From Octopus bimaculoides (taxonomy: Eukaryota): DNA of 64,000 nucleotides. The position numbers were made by a program, and so were the translations under genes. The notes beneath the pieces are model-generated. The model was not told the DNA's origin, ran no database searches, and worked only from the letters and a program-made list of their open reading frames with translations. Position 1 is the first letter of the stretch; each line of letters begins with the position of its first letter. Shown one piece after another: positions 24,705-36,791 of this stretch. Where the stretch lies: the NCBI RefSeq assembly GCF_001194135.2, contig NC_068981.1, positions 130,255,691-130,319,690 on the forward strand. Direction: 5' to 3'.

Positions 24705-27221
24705 GTCTCGCTCACTGTAGGGAGCTTGTTTCCTTTGTCAGTCATTAGGTAAGTGTTTCCCCATTGCTAAGAGTTGTTCTGATTCTTATTTCTAGCAATG
24801 CTGGTGATACTAGCACCCTTAGTCACCTTAGTGACGTCTATACATACATACATACATACATATATATATATATATCATCGTCATCGTTTAACGTCCGCCT
24901 CCTATGCTAACATGGGTTGGACGATTTGACTGAGGACTGGCAAACCAGAAGGCTGCACCAGGCTCCAATCTGATTTGGCAGAGTTTCTACAGCTGGATGC
25001 CCTTCCTAACGCCAACCACTCCGAGAGTGTAGTGGGTGCTTTTACATGCCACCGGCTTGAGGGCCAGTCAGATGGTACTGGCAATGGCCACGCTCAAAAT
25101 GGTGTTTTTTACGTGCCACCTGCACAGGAGCCAGTCCAGCGGCACTGGCAACGACCTTGCTCAAATGTNNNNNNNNNNNNNNNNNNNNNNNNNNNNNNNN
25201 NNNNNNNNNNNNNNNNNNNNNNNNNNNNNNNNNNNNNNNNNNNNNNNNNNNNNNNNNNNNNNNNNNNNNNNNNNNNNNNNNNNNNNNNNNNNNNNNNNNN
25301 NNNNNNNNNNNNNNNNNNNNNNNNNNNNNNNNNNNNNNNNNNNNNNNNNNNNNNNNNNNNNNNNNNNNNNNNNNNNNNNNNNNNNNNNNNNNNNNNNNNN
25401 NNNNNNNNNNNNNNNNNNNNNNNNNNNNNNNNNNNNNNNNNNNNNNNNNNNNNNNNNNNNNNNNNNNNNNNNNNNNNNNNNNNNNNNNNNNNNNNNNNNN
25501 NNNNNNNNNNNNNNNNNNNNNNNNNNNNNNNNNNNNNNNNNNNNNNNNNNNNNNNNNNNNNNNNNNNNNNNNNNNNNNNNNNNNNNNNNNNNNNNNNNNN
25601 NNNNNNNNNNNNNNNNNNNNNNNNNNNNNNNNNNNNNNNNNNNNNNNNNNNNNNNNNNNNNNNNNNNNNNNNNNNNNNNNNNNNNNNNNNNNNNNNNNNN
25701 NNNNNNNNNNNNNNNNNNNNNNNNNNNNNNNNNNNNNNNNNNNNNNNNNNNNNNNNNNNNNNNNNNNNNNNNNNNNNNNNNNNNNNNNNNNNNNNNNNNN
25801 NNNNNNNNNNNNNNNNNNNNNNNNNNNNNNNNNNNNNNNNNNNNNNNNNNNNNNNNNNNNNNNNNNNNNNNNNNNNNNNNNNNNNNNNNNNNNNNNNNNN
25901 NNNNNNNNNNNNNNNNNNNNNNNNNNNNNNNNNNNNNNNNNNNNNNNNNNNNNNNNNNNNNNNNNNNNATTGTTACTATACTGTCAGTGATATAACTGTG
26001 AATAATATAACTTTAATGTTACTTTAGTTTAAAAGATTTAGCAAAAATAAATTACTCACCAATATAAATTTGTCTCAGATCATGTTAAAAAATACTACTG
26101 GTTTAACAACATATCTCTGGATTAAAGGATATTTCTATACAATAAAAGATGTCTTCACACTATCCCCCTCTCACTCTCTGGGAGAGAGGCACAAGCACAT
26201 ACACAGACATATGCACACACGGCAGTAACAACTGCCTACCAAATTCAATCACAAAGCTTCGGTCAGCTCGGGGCTATAGCAGAAGACACTTGCCCAAGGT
26301 GCCACGCGGTGGGACTGAACCCGAAACCATATAACTGGGAAGCAAGCTTCCTAACCACACTATGATTTTAATAACACACACACACACACACATTATAAAA
26401 CAATATATATACATAACTAAAACTATACAAATTTTAACCATACCCCATTTGAATTACATTTGTTTCCACACAGAATATCCTTCAATTGAAAACTCATACT
26501 ATAATTTGGACCAATTCTGTGTCCAAGACATTCAAAATAATTTAGTACTGCTAACATTTGAAAGAGTGTGTACATGTAATATTCTCATGCTAGAAAGAAT
26601 AACAAAGCAGAAAAACAAAATACTGTGCTCCAAGTTGCTAAATAACAATTATTTCCATGTCAAAGGAAAGGCATGAAAAATTATTTTAGGTTACATGTCA
26701 AAGATAAATGAGTTCTAATTTCTCTGGGAGTCAATGTACTGTTATGATATTCCTTCATGTTGCCACACACATTTCTTCAGATATTGGTTTCAAATTTTGG
26801 TACAAAGCCAGCAATTTTGAGGGAAGGGGTTAGTCAATTACATCATCCCTAGTGTTCAACTGGTACTTATTTTATTGAGCCCCAAAATGATGAAAGGCAA
26901 AGTTGACCTTGCCAGAATTGAACTCAAAACATAAAGACATGTTGCTAAGTATTTTGCCCAGCATGCTAATGATCTGCCAGCTTGCTACATTACATATTCT
27001 TCAGATATTAGAAACTAATAACATAACTAGACAACTTTTGTTGGTATAACTCTCAATTAATAATAGATGATACAAAGGAACAATTAAATGAGCAATTTGT
27101 TAAACTATGATGCACTTTAGAATGTGGATAAGCCATTCTATAGTGTATAACACTATACAATAATGGGACAAGATTCATGATGGACATTTTTCACAAAGTT
27201 CCTTTTCAGTACTATTTAGGT

Positions 27222-27480
27222 CAGTGTTTCTCAACCATTTTTTACCTATGGACTCCTTTTTATTCCTGTTTTACACAAGTGGGCCCTCGTAACCAATCGA
27301 TATTTTAGAAATCCTATTATATTTTTATTATTGAATATTATTAGGAAGTGGATTAAAAATCATTGAAATATTTTGTGTATTGTAGGAGTATAATCAATTT
27401 ATAGTACATACATTTTAACAACAAAATAGTCTATGGCTCCACCCACTAGGGTCATTATAAATCCTAGTTGAGAACGACTG
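27222..27480. mobile_element. hAT (Charlie-like) MITE
   Basis: TIR CAGTGTTTCTCAACC / AGTTGAGAACGACTG (12/15 match); 8-bp flanks ATTTAGGT / ATTTAGAC. Confidence 0.7.
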
Positions 27481-28099
27481 ATTTAGACTCAAACATAATT
27501 ATTACTTTGAGACATTCATATTTGCTTTCTTTCATTTCTACAGTGAATATTTCAGCTCATTGATTTTATTAAAGGACTGAGAAAGTATACATATTAAAAT
27601 TGCAGTTTGATTCATTCTTTACTCATCTTGATTTTCTTGTTAATTCATATTTATTTGACAATGTACATATATATCTTTTCATTCTGGAGAAAAAATTTTT
27701 TCATATCAAATTTTGATTTATTTTAGACTTATGTATAGTGTATATTAATTTATGGCACATTTAGATTTTCAGTTGTCATTAGGAATAAAAATCCTGTCCA
27801 ACTTAATTTTCAGTCATGCAGATGGAGTGAGCCAATAACTGTCACTGAGAGTTTTGTTCTTATCTGCCTTTGGCAATCCAATGTAGTTGTGGCAAAGATT
27901 TACGCATAACTGAATGAGCCCACCAAGTTTTAATGATGTCCTGCATATTAGTTGTTAGTAAAAGTAACTATCGCATGCATCAGTCATACTGCAGATTTGA
28001 TGAGTGATTTCTTCATTTACAAAGTTGAATTCAGTTCCTCTCTAGGACAGAGGTTGGACACTAGCTGAAACACTACTTCTCTCCTTTTCTTACTGACAA

Positions 28100-30350
28100 A
28101 TTAACATATTCTACTTTGGGAACCATTATACAAATCATTTGCTTAACACTTCAGATACCCGATTCGAGTGGTTTGATAATACAGGGAAATCTGTAAAGAT
28201 ACATAAAAGAATTAAAATAAATGTACGAGGAAATTTATTTAGGATCTGTTAATCCCAAAAATTATACCATTGTTTTAGATTATAACGTTGAAGTTATTCT
28301 AGGAATATAAGTTTAAAAGGTTAAAAAGCATTTACCAACAGATTATACCTATTTCCCCCCTCCCCCAAACTAGGTTAAATTCTCTCGACCATTTCCCTCT
28401 ACAGGTTAGAGGTGTGTCTTGGAAGGGAGATAACTACTGTTCAAAGTCCCATAAACCTTAGCATAACTCAACATGGCGGGTTCGAAAGTTGATGCCACGT
28501 CCTCTGATATTTTAGAGGCGGCTGACAAATTAACAGATATAGACAAGATGAAAGAAGCTTTGGATAGACTTTGTCATGAAGAGGTTAGTAAAATAACCCT
28601 GTTTGCATCCATATCTATGTTTGCTTTGATATATGCCAGACTACATATAATATATAAGAACAATTGACAATTAGGTGACTCGATAATTGAATACAGTGCA
28701 CATGTAAAAATTACCTTAGCAACATATATGACTTACCTGTATTTGTTAGTTGACGAGATCGTGAACATTTCTGTCATTAGTATGTAGTGTATGTTTAATA
28801 TTGGATTAATCGGTTGTCAGTTGACGAGTTGTACATTTAATTTCCACTAGTGTTTTACTCGTACACTTGTGTATACATAAACACTGACATAATTTATTGA
28901 AAGTCTCGTCACCAGCTATCTTTGCTTTGTTTAAACCAAAATAATACACCTCACGTTACTATTTTACACGCCAATGTGTAATGCAACTTACATAAATTCA
29001 AATACAAAAGTATTAAAGTTTGAAGAATTGTTTGTTTACATCATTATGACCAGTAATGATGTATAGTTACAGTAATAAACCACTCGATTTCAACCAAGAC
29101 AGAAGTAGTTTTAACCTCAACATACATTTATAGATGATATCTTTATAAATATATAAACAAATAGTTTCAGATATTGTTAAAGATTGCACCTATTTCATTA
29201 GTTCTATTTATACTTTTAATCATTTTTTTCACGGTCAATTTACCTCTCACCTTTGTCAAGCTTTTCTTCTTTATTATTATTAATTTTTTTTATTAATGTT
29301 TCTTTCCCTATACATAACACCGGATATTACAAACCTCCGATTTATTTTCTGTGCAATATAATTAAATGTTTATGATCAATAAATATTTTTTTGCTGAACA
29401 GTATCAAAATCTTCCAGAATATGTTTATTAAGAGTAATTATCCCGTGTCATTCCTCGATAATCTGTCTTTAACGAAGGATGTTCGGACGTAACACGTTTA
29501 TCATGGTCAATTTTATCATTTTGTTTTATATACTACTGGTACTTTAATTAACCTGGAAAGACGAGAAAACTTTAATAGGACTCCATCATAAGAGCCGTTG
29601 TCTGTTTTATTCCTACCATGTCTTCAATTAACCCATTAATGCATAGTGTCTCGAAAACGGGACAAACAGAACATTAATACGAAGTATTTATTTCAGTTAT
29701 CTGCTGTTCACACATTAACATTTCACAAATCAAAAATACTGTATAATCATCTTTTTATAACTTAAAACAAAAAAAAAAAATTCATATGATTTCCTTGTTA
29801 CTTATTTGTAATTGTAGAATGAAAATGAAATGTTATGGACTGTTGGGTTATTATCTATCATTTATGTTGTACTTGTTTCAGTCGTTGGACAAATCGATCC
29901 CGGTACTCATTTTTAAAAAAGTCTGGTACTTATTCTATGTCTTTTATGCCGAACCGCTAAGTTACGGGGATGTAAACAAACCAAAAATAGGTGTCAAGCA
30001 GTGAACACACACACACACACACATATACGATGGGCTTCCACACAATTTTTCCGTTCACCAAATTCACTTACAAGGCATTAGTTGGCCCAGGGCTGTAGTA
30101 GAAGACACTTGTGCAAGCTGCCCTGCAGTGGGGCTGAATCCGAGCTTCTTAACCACACAGCTGTAGCCACACCTATTAGTTAAAACAAGCTGAATTAAAG
30201 TCAGTCGTATTGCTATTAAGTTTCTTTACTTACCAAATGTATTTAGTTTGTCTATATAGATTGTTTTTTCTGTCTGGTTTTAATGATGTTACCATCAGGG
30301 AGCGGGGTGGAGGTATTGAACTTTTTAAACCTCCTTCCTAATAGATCTGA
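28100..30350. promoter_or_regulatory. CpG-retaining (putatively unmethylated) COG4 promoter/first-intron domain
   Basis: Visibly more CG dinucleotides than in the CpG-depleted gene bodies; YY1-like AACATGGCGG over the start codon; judged by eye. Confidence 0.55.
28473..28583 (+). CDS. COG4: COG4 exon 1 (111 nt; MAGSKVDATSS...LDRLCHEE)
   Basis: AACATGGCGG start context; LCHEE aligns to COG4 LCGEE; GAG|GTTAGT donor; CpG-retaining flank. Confidence 0.88.
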
Positions 30351-31907
30351 CTCGTATATGATATAAAAATAATTATGTGACTGATGGGCCATAGTTAGTT
30401 GGGCAGATCTGCCTATCAAGACAGGCAGACTTGTCTACCACAGAAAATACATCTCTGCCATCCCAGACAGATCTGACTTCTTTCTGAAGCAGATCTGTCA
30501 TGCTTGAAAGAACTTATTCAATCGTAATATTGTTGTTACAACAACTATAACTAGCTATCTGTGCTCAGTTCAACTGACATTGTGATCTGGCACTCACTCT
30601 GTTGCTTGCGACAACAAGGGCTCCAGTTGATCCGATCAATGAAACAGCCTGCTTATGAAATTAACGTGCAAGTGGCCTTGAACTTCACAGATATGTTTGC
30701 TGTTGACATAGTTCTCAGGGAGATTCAGCGTGACACAGTATATAATACAAGTACTACTCGTATTTGCCAGCTGAGTGGACTACTGGAGCAACATGAAATA
30801 AAGCATCTTACTCAAGGACACAATGTGCCACTCAGAATTGAACACATGGCCTTATGATTATGAGGTGAATGCCCCTAACCACTAAGGCATGTGCCTTCAC
30901 AACATTAAGATCAGCAATAGGTAATAGGATAGGTACATCAACATCATGACATTCACATGCTAGCATTGCATGTTTCACATAATTTATTTGCTTACCATAT
31001 CAACCCAATGGTCAAGTTTTCTGTGCTATTTAGCAGAAGATTTTTGGAGGTAAAGGACCATTTATAACTATAGCCTTGTTTTAAATAAATACCTGACAGT
31101 CAACCTAATGGTTTCAGGATCATTCCATTGTGCAGCATCTTAGACAAATGTCTTCTACTCTAGCTCCAGGTTGACCAATACCTTGTAGATGAATTTGGTC
31201 GATGGAAACTGTTCGAAGCTCATCATACATACATACAGACAAGTCATTCATACATATATAGATATGTTTATATGTATGTTTTGTGTTTGTTCCTCCCACA
31301 ACCATCACGTGACAACTGCTGTTCATTTGCTTTAGATCTCCCTAACTTAGTGGTTCAACAAAAGAGGACAATAGAATGAGTACCAGACTTAAAAAATAAT
31401 TACTGGGGGTTGATTTGTTTGACTAAACACTTCCAAGACAATGCCCCAGCATGTCCACAGTCCAATGACTGAAACGAGTAAAAGATAAAAGATACATTAA
31501 ATGACTGCAAAGTAGCTTATGCCAGTGCAAAGGACTTACTGTGTCAGTTGGAAAATTTCAGGAAATCATTTACAGTTTTTCAAATCTGAACCAAACATGA
31601 GTAATGTCACAGTTGATATTCTACTGTATGGCATATGAAAACAGACCTAAACATGACACTAAATCAGTGTTTAATGTCCTTGTATAATAATCCTTTCTAC
31701 TGAAGGCACAAGGCCTGAAATTTGGGGAGAGGGGACTAGTTGATTACATTGACCCAGTGTTTCACTGGTACTTAATTTATTGATCCTGAAAGGATGAAGG
31801 GTAAAGTTGACCTCTGTGGAATTTGAATTCAGAGCATAGCGATAGGCAAAATATCACTAAGCATTTCATCCAGCTTGCTAACAATTCTGCCAGCTTGCTG
31901 CCTTAGA

Positions 31908-33505
31908 CATCATCATCATCATTTAGCATCCTTTGTCCATGTTGGTATGGGTTGGACGGTTTAACAGGGCTGGAAGGCTGTACCAGACTCCAGTCTGATT
32001 TGGCATGGTTTCTACGGTTGGATACCCTTCCTAACACCAACCACTCCGAGAGTGTAATGGCATGGGTGTCATTTGCATGACACTGGTATCTGCCATGGCT
32101 GTGATTTTACTTGGCTTGATGGGTCTTCTTCTCAAGCACGACATGATGCCAAAGGTCTTGGTCATTGCCTCCATGAGGACCAACACTTGAAAGGAGCTCA
32201 GCCACTTTACATCCATGAGGTCCAACATTCGTGCCAGTTATGTGACACCAGTATCAACCATGACAATGATTTCACTTGGCTTGACGGGTCTTCTCAAGCA
32301 CAGCATATCAGCAAAGGTCTCGGTCACTAGTCATTGCTTCTGTGAGGCCCAAAGTTCAAAGATCCTGCTTCACCACCTTGTCCCATGTCTTCCTGGATCT
32401 ACCTCTACCACAGGTTCCCTCCACAGTTAGAGATCAGCACTTCTTTACACAGCTGTCCTCGTCCATCCACATCACATGACCATACCATTGCATTCGTCTC
32501 TCTTACACACTATCTGATGCCTCTTATGCCCAATTTTTCTCTCAAGATGCTTACACTTTGTCGAACATGTACACTGACATTGCACGTCCAGCGAAGCATA
32601 CTGGCTTCATTTCTTTCAAGCCTACGCATGTCCTCGGCTGTTACAGCCCAAGTTTCACTGCTGTGCATACAGCATAGCTGTTTACATACAGGTATCATAC
32701 AATCTGCCTTTCACTCTGAGAGAGGGGCCCTTTGTTGCCAGCGGAAGTAGGAGCTCTCTGAACTTAGCCCAGCCTAATCTTATTCTCACAGCTATGCTCA
32801 TGGAACATCCACCTCTGCTACAAACTTAGTCATCTAGATGATGGAAGCTATCTACTACCTCTAGCTTACTCCACTGGACTCTATTTTCTGTACATTTTCA
32901 GTGTTTATTGTACCTGTGCATCTTTCACACACAAAAGCTATCTTCCCTGTTAACCTTGATATTGCTACACCTCTTATGTGTCCAAAGCTTAGACCAGGTG
33001 CATCTTATGGAGTTTCTACCTATGCCTTTTCTACAGATCGAGCAGGGCCATTGACCTGAAGGGATTTGTGATTTGTCTGCCTTTCTACTTAGGAAGACTT
33101 TGGTTTGTGCTAGGTTAACTCTAAGGCCCTTTGATTCTAGACCTTGTTTCCATACCTGGAACTTCTTCTCCAGTTCTGGTAGTGGTTCAGCTATAAGAAC
33201 AAACACATCAGCATAGAGGAGCTCCCAGGAGCAGCCTGTCTTATATTCCACTGTTATTGCCTGGACAACTATAATGTACAAGAAGGGGCTGAGTACCAAT
33301 CCTTGGTGAACCCCTACTTGTACCCTGAATTCTTTACTGTACTTGTTGCCAACCCTCACCTTACTGGTAGTGTCCCTATACATGGCTTGTACAGCTCTCC
33401 AACCACTTGTCTATCCCTAGTTTCCGCATTGACCACTAGATAAGGGATTAGAGGACCCTGTCAAAAGCTTTCTCCAAGTCAGCAAAAGACAAGTACAGAA
33501 GTTTA
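31908..33505 (-). pseudogene. 5'-truncated RTE-clade LINE (RT core to 3' UTR and (GAT)n tail), disrupted
   Basis: DLEKAFD, GVHQGxVLSP, LLYAD, SETW, WYGHV and GRxRKTW motifs with stops; Cys-rich WPCSIC...WTHKRC insert. Confidence 0.9.
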
Positions 33506-34104
33506 TCTTTGGCTATGTATTTCTCATGCAGCTGCCTTACCAGAAATATAGCACCAGAGGTGCTTCTCCCTGAATGCTCTTATATGTGTTGATGCCAGTC
33601 CTGTTGGATTGGGTGCCAGAGTTGTAGTTATCTGAAGCTTGAAAAGGTGTATAAGGATGATCTTCAATCACCAGTAGCTATTGGCAGGGGTGTAATAGGA
33701 TTATTTAGTTCCTGGATGCATTGTGAACCTTCACTGTTTGGGTTATCAGAAGGGCAATATCATTTGTTTAAGCTGAGCACACAGATTAATGGTAGAAATA
33801 TTAAATGTGTTCTATCTTTGCTTTAGACTGTTTCTTTTGTTTTTGACACAATCTATTAGCCATGAAGTGGTAGTAGATGGCTTATATAGTTAATTTGAAT
33901 GATAGAATGTGTCTAGATTAGTGGTGTAGTAAGATTTTAATGTCAAGGCATTTTAATTTCTTAACCATTACTATACTTAATCACATAAAAGACATACAAG
34001 CATATTAGATACACCCTATTTTCAATAGTACATATTTAGGAAAAAAATCCTTGTTCTATGAAATATGAAATTAATAATGATAAAGTCTTCATTTTTCATT
34101 TCAG

Positions 34105-34187
34105 GAAATTGTCAATGAAGAATTGAACAACCTGTTAGAGCATCAGTCTTTATTGGAGAATAAAATGTTTGCTCTTCATAAAATGCT
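34105..34187 (+). CDS. COG4: COG4 exon 2 (83 nt; EIVNEELNNLLEHQSLLENKMFALHKM(L))
   Basis: TTTCAG acceptor, GTGAGT donor; homologous to COG4 N-terminal coiled coil. Confidence 0.93.
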
Positions 34188-35778
34188 GTGAGTTAGATTT
34201 ATATGTTGTTTCTCTTAAGACGGAATTCTGGTTTAAGCACCCCATATAAACTTTTTTTATATTTTGGAATTTTCAGAAAAGTTTTGCAAATTTGTTCTAC
34301 ATAAGGGAATTCATATGATTATGCAAAAAAAAAAAAAAAAACCCCAATATTTTTTTGTGTGATTTAAGGATGTTTTAGCTGTTCTTATTAATAACTCTCA
34401 CAACCACCTGATACGTTCTTCGTTTTTTTGTCACTCTGACATGTATTGATGTTTTTCAATATTTTTCTCCCCATAAACACATTTAATAGAATGATGATGC
34501 ACCCAAGGATGATCCATTGCTGGGATTTAAGCAAAAATTTCAGACTGTCCATATTTTAAATACTGATTTTTAAAAAAATTGATAAAAAGTGGAACTTTTA
34601 GGATTTATGGGGAGAAGGGGGTCAAAAAATTAAAAACAAATTTTTTTTCATAATCATATGACTTACCATGTATAGGACATAAATTCCCAAAAATTTTCTA
34701 AAAATTCCCTAAAATAAAAGTAAAGAGGAGTTATATAGAGTGCCTAAACCAGAGTTCCACCTCTTTTAATTCTTTTAAATAGTCTAACCATTTAAACCTG
34801 TCAATATGGCTCTATTGTAGTTGCTACTTCTTGACTACTACTACTGCTACTACATAATTAGTTAATTCTCAGTGCTGTTAATTTTTTGTCCCATTGAAAC
34901 TATAAACCTGGTTAGATGCAGTTTTAATAAAATTATACCTTTGAGGCAAAGATATTTTATATGTAATTCTGTTTTATGGTTCTCAATTACAGTTGTCTTT
35001 GATCATTTGTTTCTTGTAGTATTAATTAAATACATGCTGAATCAGTGTTTCTAGTCGGTTTATTGGTACAAATTTTTACAAACCTAAGGTTTAATCCTTT
35101 TAAGTCCATGCCTGTTCTATTATATCTTCATCATTATGCTTGTTTTCCATGCTGGCATGGGTTGGATGATTTGACTGGAGCTGGTAAGGCTGGGGGCTGC
35201 ACTAGGCCCCATTGTCTGTTCTGGCATGGTTTCTATGGCTGGATACCCTTCCTAATGTCAACCACTCCACAGAGTGTACTGGGTGCTTTTTATGTTACCA
35301 GCACCAATGCTTTTAGCATTGCATCAGCATGAGTGCTTTTTATATGGTACCAGCACTGATATCAATTCTTCTTGATGGGTCTCCTTGAGTACAGCAATGC
35401 ACCAGATATCTTGGTCCTTGGTCTTCTCCTTCATAAGGCAGAATGTCTTACGAAGGAAATGAGACACTGAGCCTTATAAAGGAGATGACTGAGGACCAAG
35501 ATATCTGGTGTATTGCTGTACTCAAGATATGTATAATATTAAGGATCAGTGAGGGAACCTATATGTTATTTGTGAATGAACTACAAATATTAACTAAATC
35601 TTTCTCAGATCACACTATCTAGTCAACACTAACTAGTCTTACAAAAGCAAGTATACACTGGATAATGTAGCCCTTGATATATTATTTGAAAAAAGAAAAA
35701 ACAGAGATTGTTCATAACTGGAATACTTTGCTGTTAAGTTGGCTTAAGTAAGGACTGATCTAAGACTAAACAACATGT

Positions 35779-36160
35779 TGTTGGCACTCCGTCGCTTACG
35801 ACGTCGAAGGTTTCAGTTGATCCGATCAATGGAACAGCCTGCTTGTGAAATTAACGTGCAAGTGGCTGAGCACTCCACAGACACGCGTATCCTTAACGTA
35901 GTTCTCGGAGATATTCAGTGTAACACAGTGTGACAAAGCTGACCCTTTGAATTACAGGCACAACAGAAACAGGAAGTAAGAGTGAGAGAAAGTTGTGGTG
36001 AAAGAGTACAGCAGGGTTCGCCACCATCCCCTGCTGGAGCCTTGTGGAGCTTTAGGTATTTTCACTCAATAAACTCTCACAACGCCCGGTCTGGGAATCG
36101 AAACCACGATCCTATGACTGCGAGTCCGCTGCCCTAACCACTGGGCCATTGCGCCTCCAC
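35779..36160 (-). mobile_element. Full-length tRNA-derived SINE (family 1)
   Basis: A box TGGCCCAGTGG and B box GTTTCGATTCC; (CAA)n tail; TSD AAACAACATGT at 35768-35778 and 36161-36171. Confidence 0.92.
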
Positions 36161-36545
36161 AAACAACATGTAATGCTGTGATAATAAGGTGGTAAGAGAG
36201 CTAAGCTTGATACTTTATACTATATTATTTATTGCCTAAGATTCTGAGTTCAAATCTTTCTATCCATGCTGGACTCACAAAATAAATAGCAGCAAGGCTA
36301 AAGAGATTTGATAATTTGACATGACAATAATTTTATTTTTTACAAAATTAATTTTATAGCTTTAGAAGTCAATATGACTCTATTATAGTTGCTACTTCTT
36401 GACTACTACTACTACTACTGCTACTACATAATTAGTTAATTCTCAGTGCTGTTAATTTTTTGTCCCATTGAAACTATAAAACCTGTGTTAGGTACATAAT
36501 GATTTGTTTTGTTACAATTTTAAGTATACCTTTGATCTGTTTCAG

Positions 36546-36660
36546 TCCTAACTTACATGTTCTCGACTCAGATGCCAAGCAACTTTCTACTATGATATCA
36601 TTCACATCAACTTTAGCTGAAAATGTAAGCAGCAAAGTAAGACAGCTGGATGTAGCCAAG
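36546..36660 (+). CDS. COG4: COG4 exon 3 (115 nt; [38 protein letters not shown])
   Basis: [13 protein letters not shown] signature; TTTCAG/GTGAGT. Confidence 0.96.
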
Positions 36661-36791
36661 GTGAGTTGAAGTGATGTTTATTGTAAACTGAAGATTTTGT
36701 CAATGTTTATGATGATGATCATCATTATTTAATGTCTGTTTTCCATGCTAGCATAGTTGGATGATTTGATATATATATATATATATATATA

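Noticed and set aside
22807-26027. Long ORFs of 165-385 aa in the ORF track
   Set aside because: Length comes from N-runs; only the mariner part is real. The same applies to X-rich ORFs at 8.1, 49.2 and 61.4 kb
33585-33632. CVDASPVGLGA, similar to a Ty3/gypsy RNase H motif
   Set aside because: Too short, stop follows, no other LTR-element motifs recognised; left unannotated
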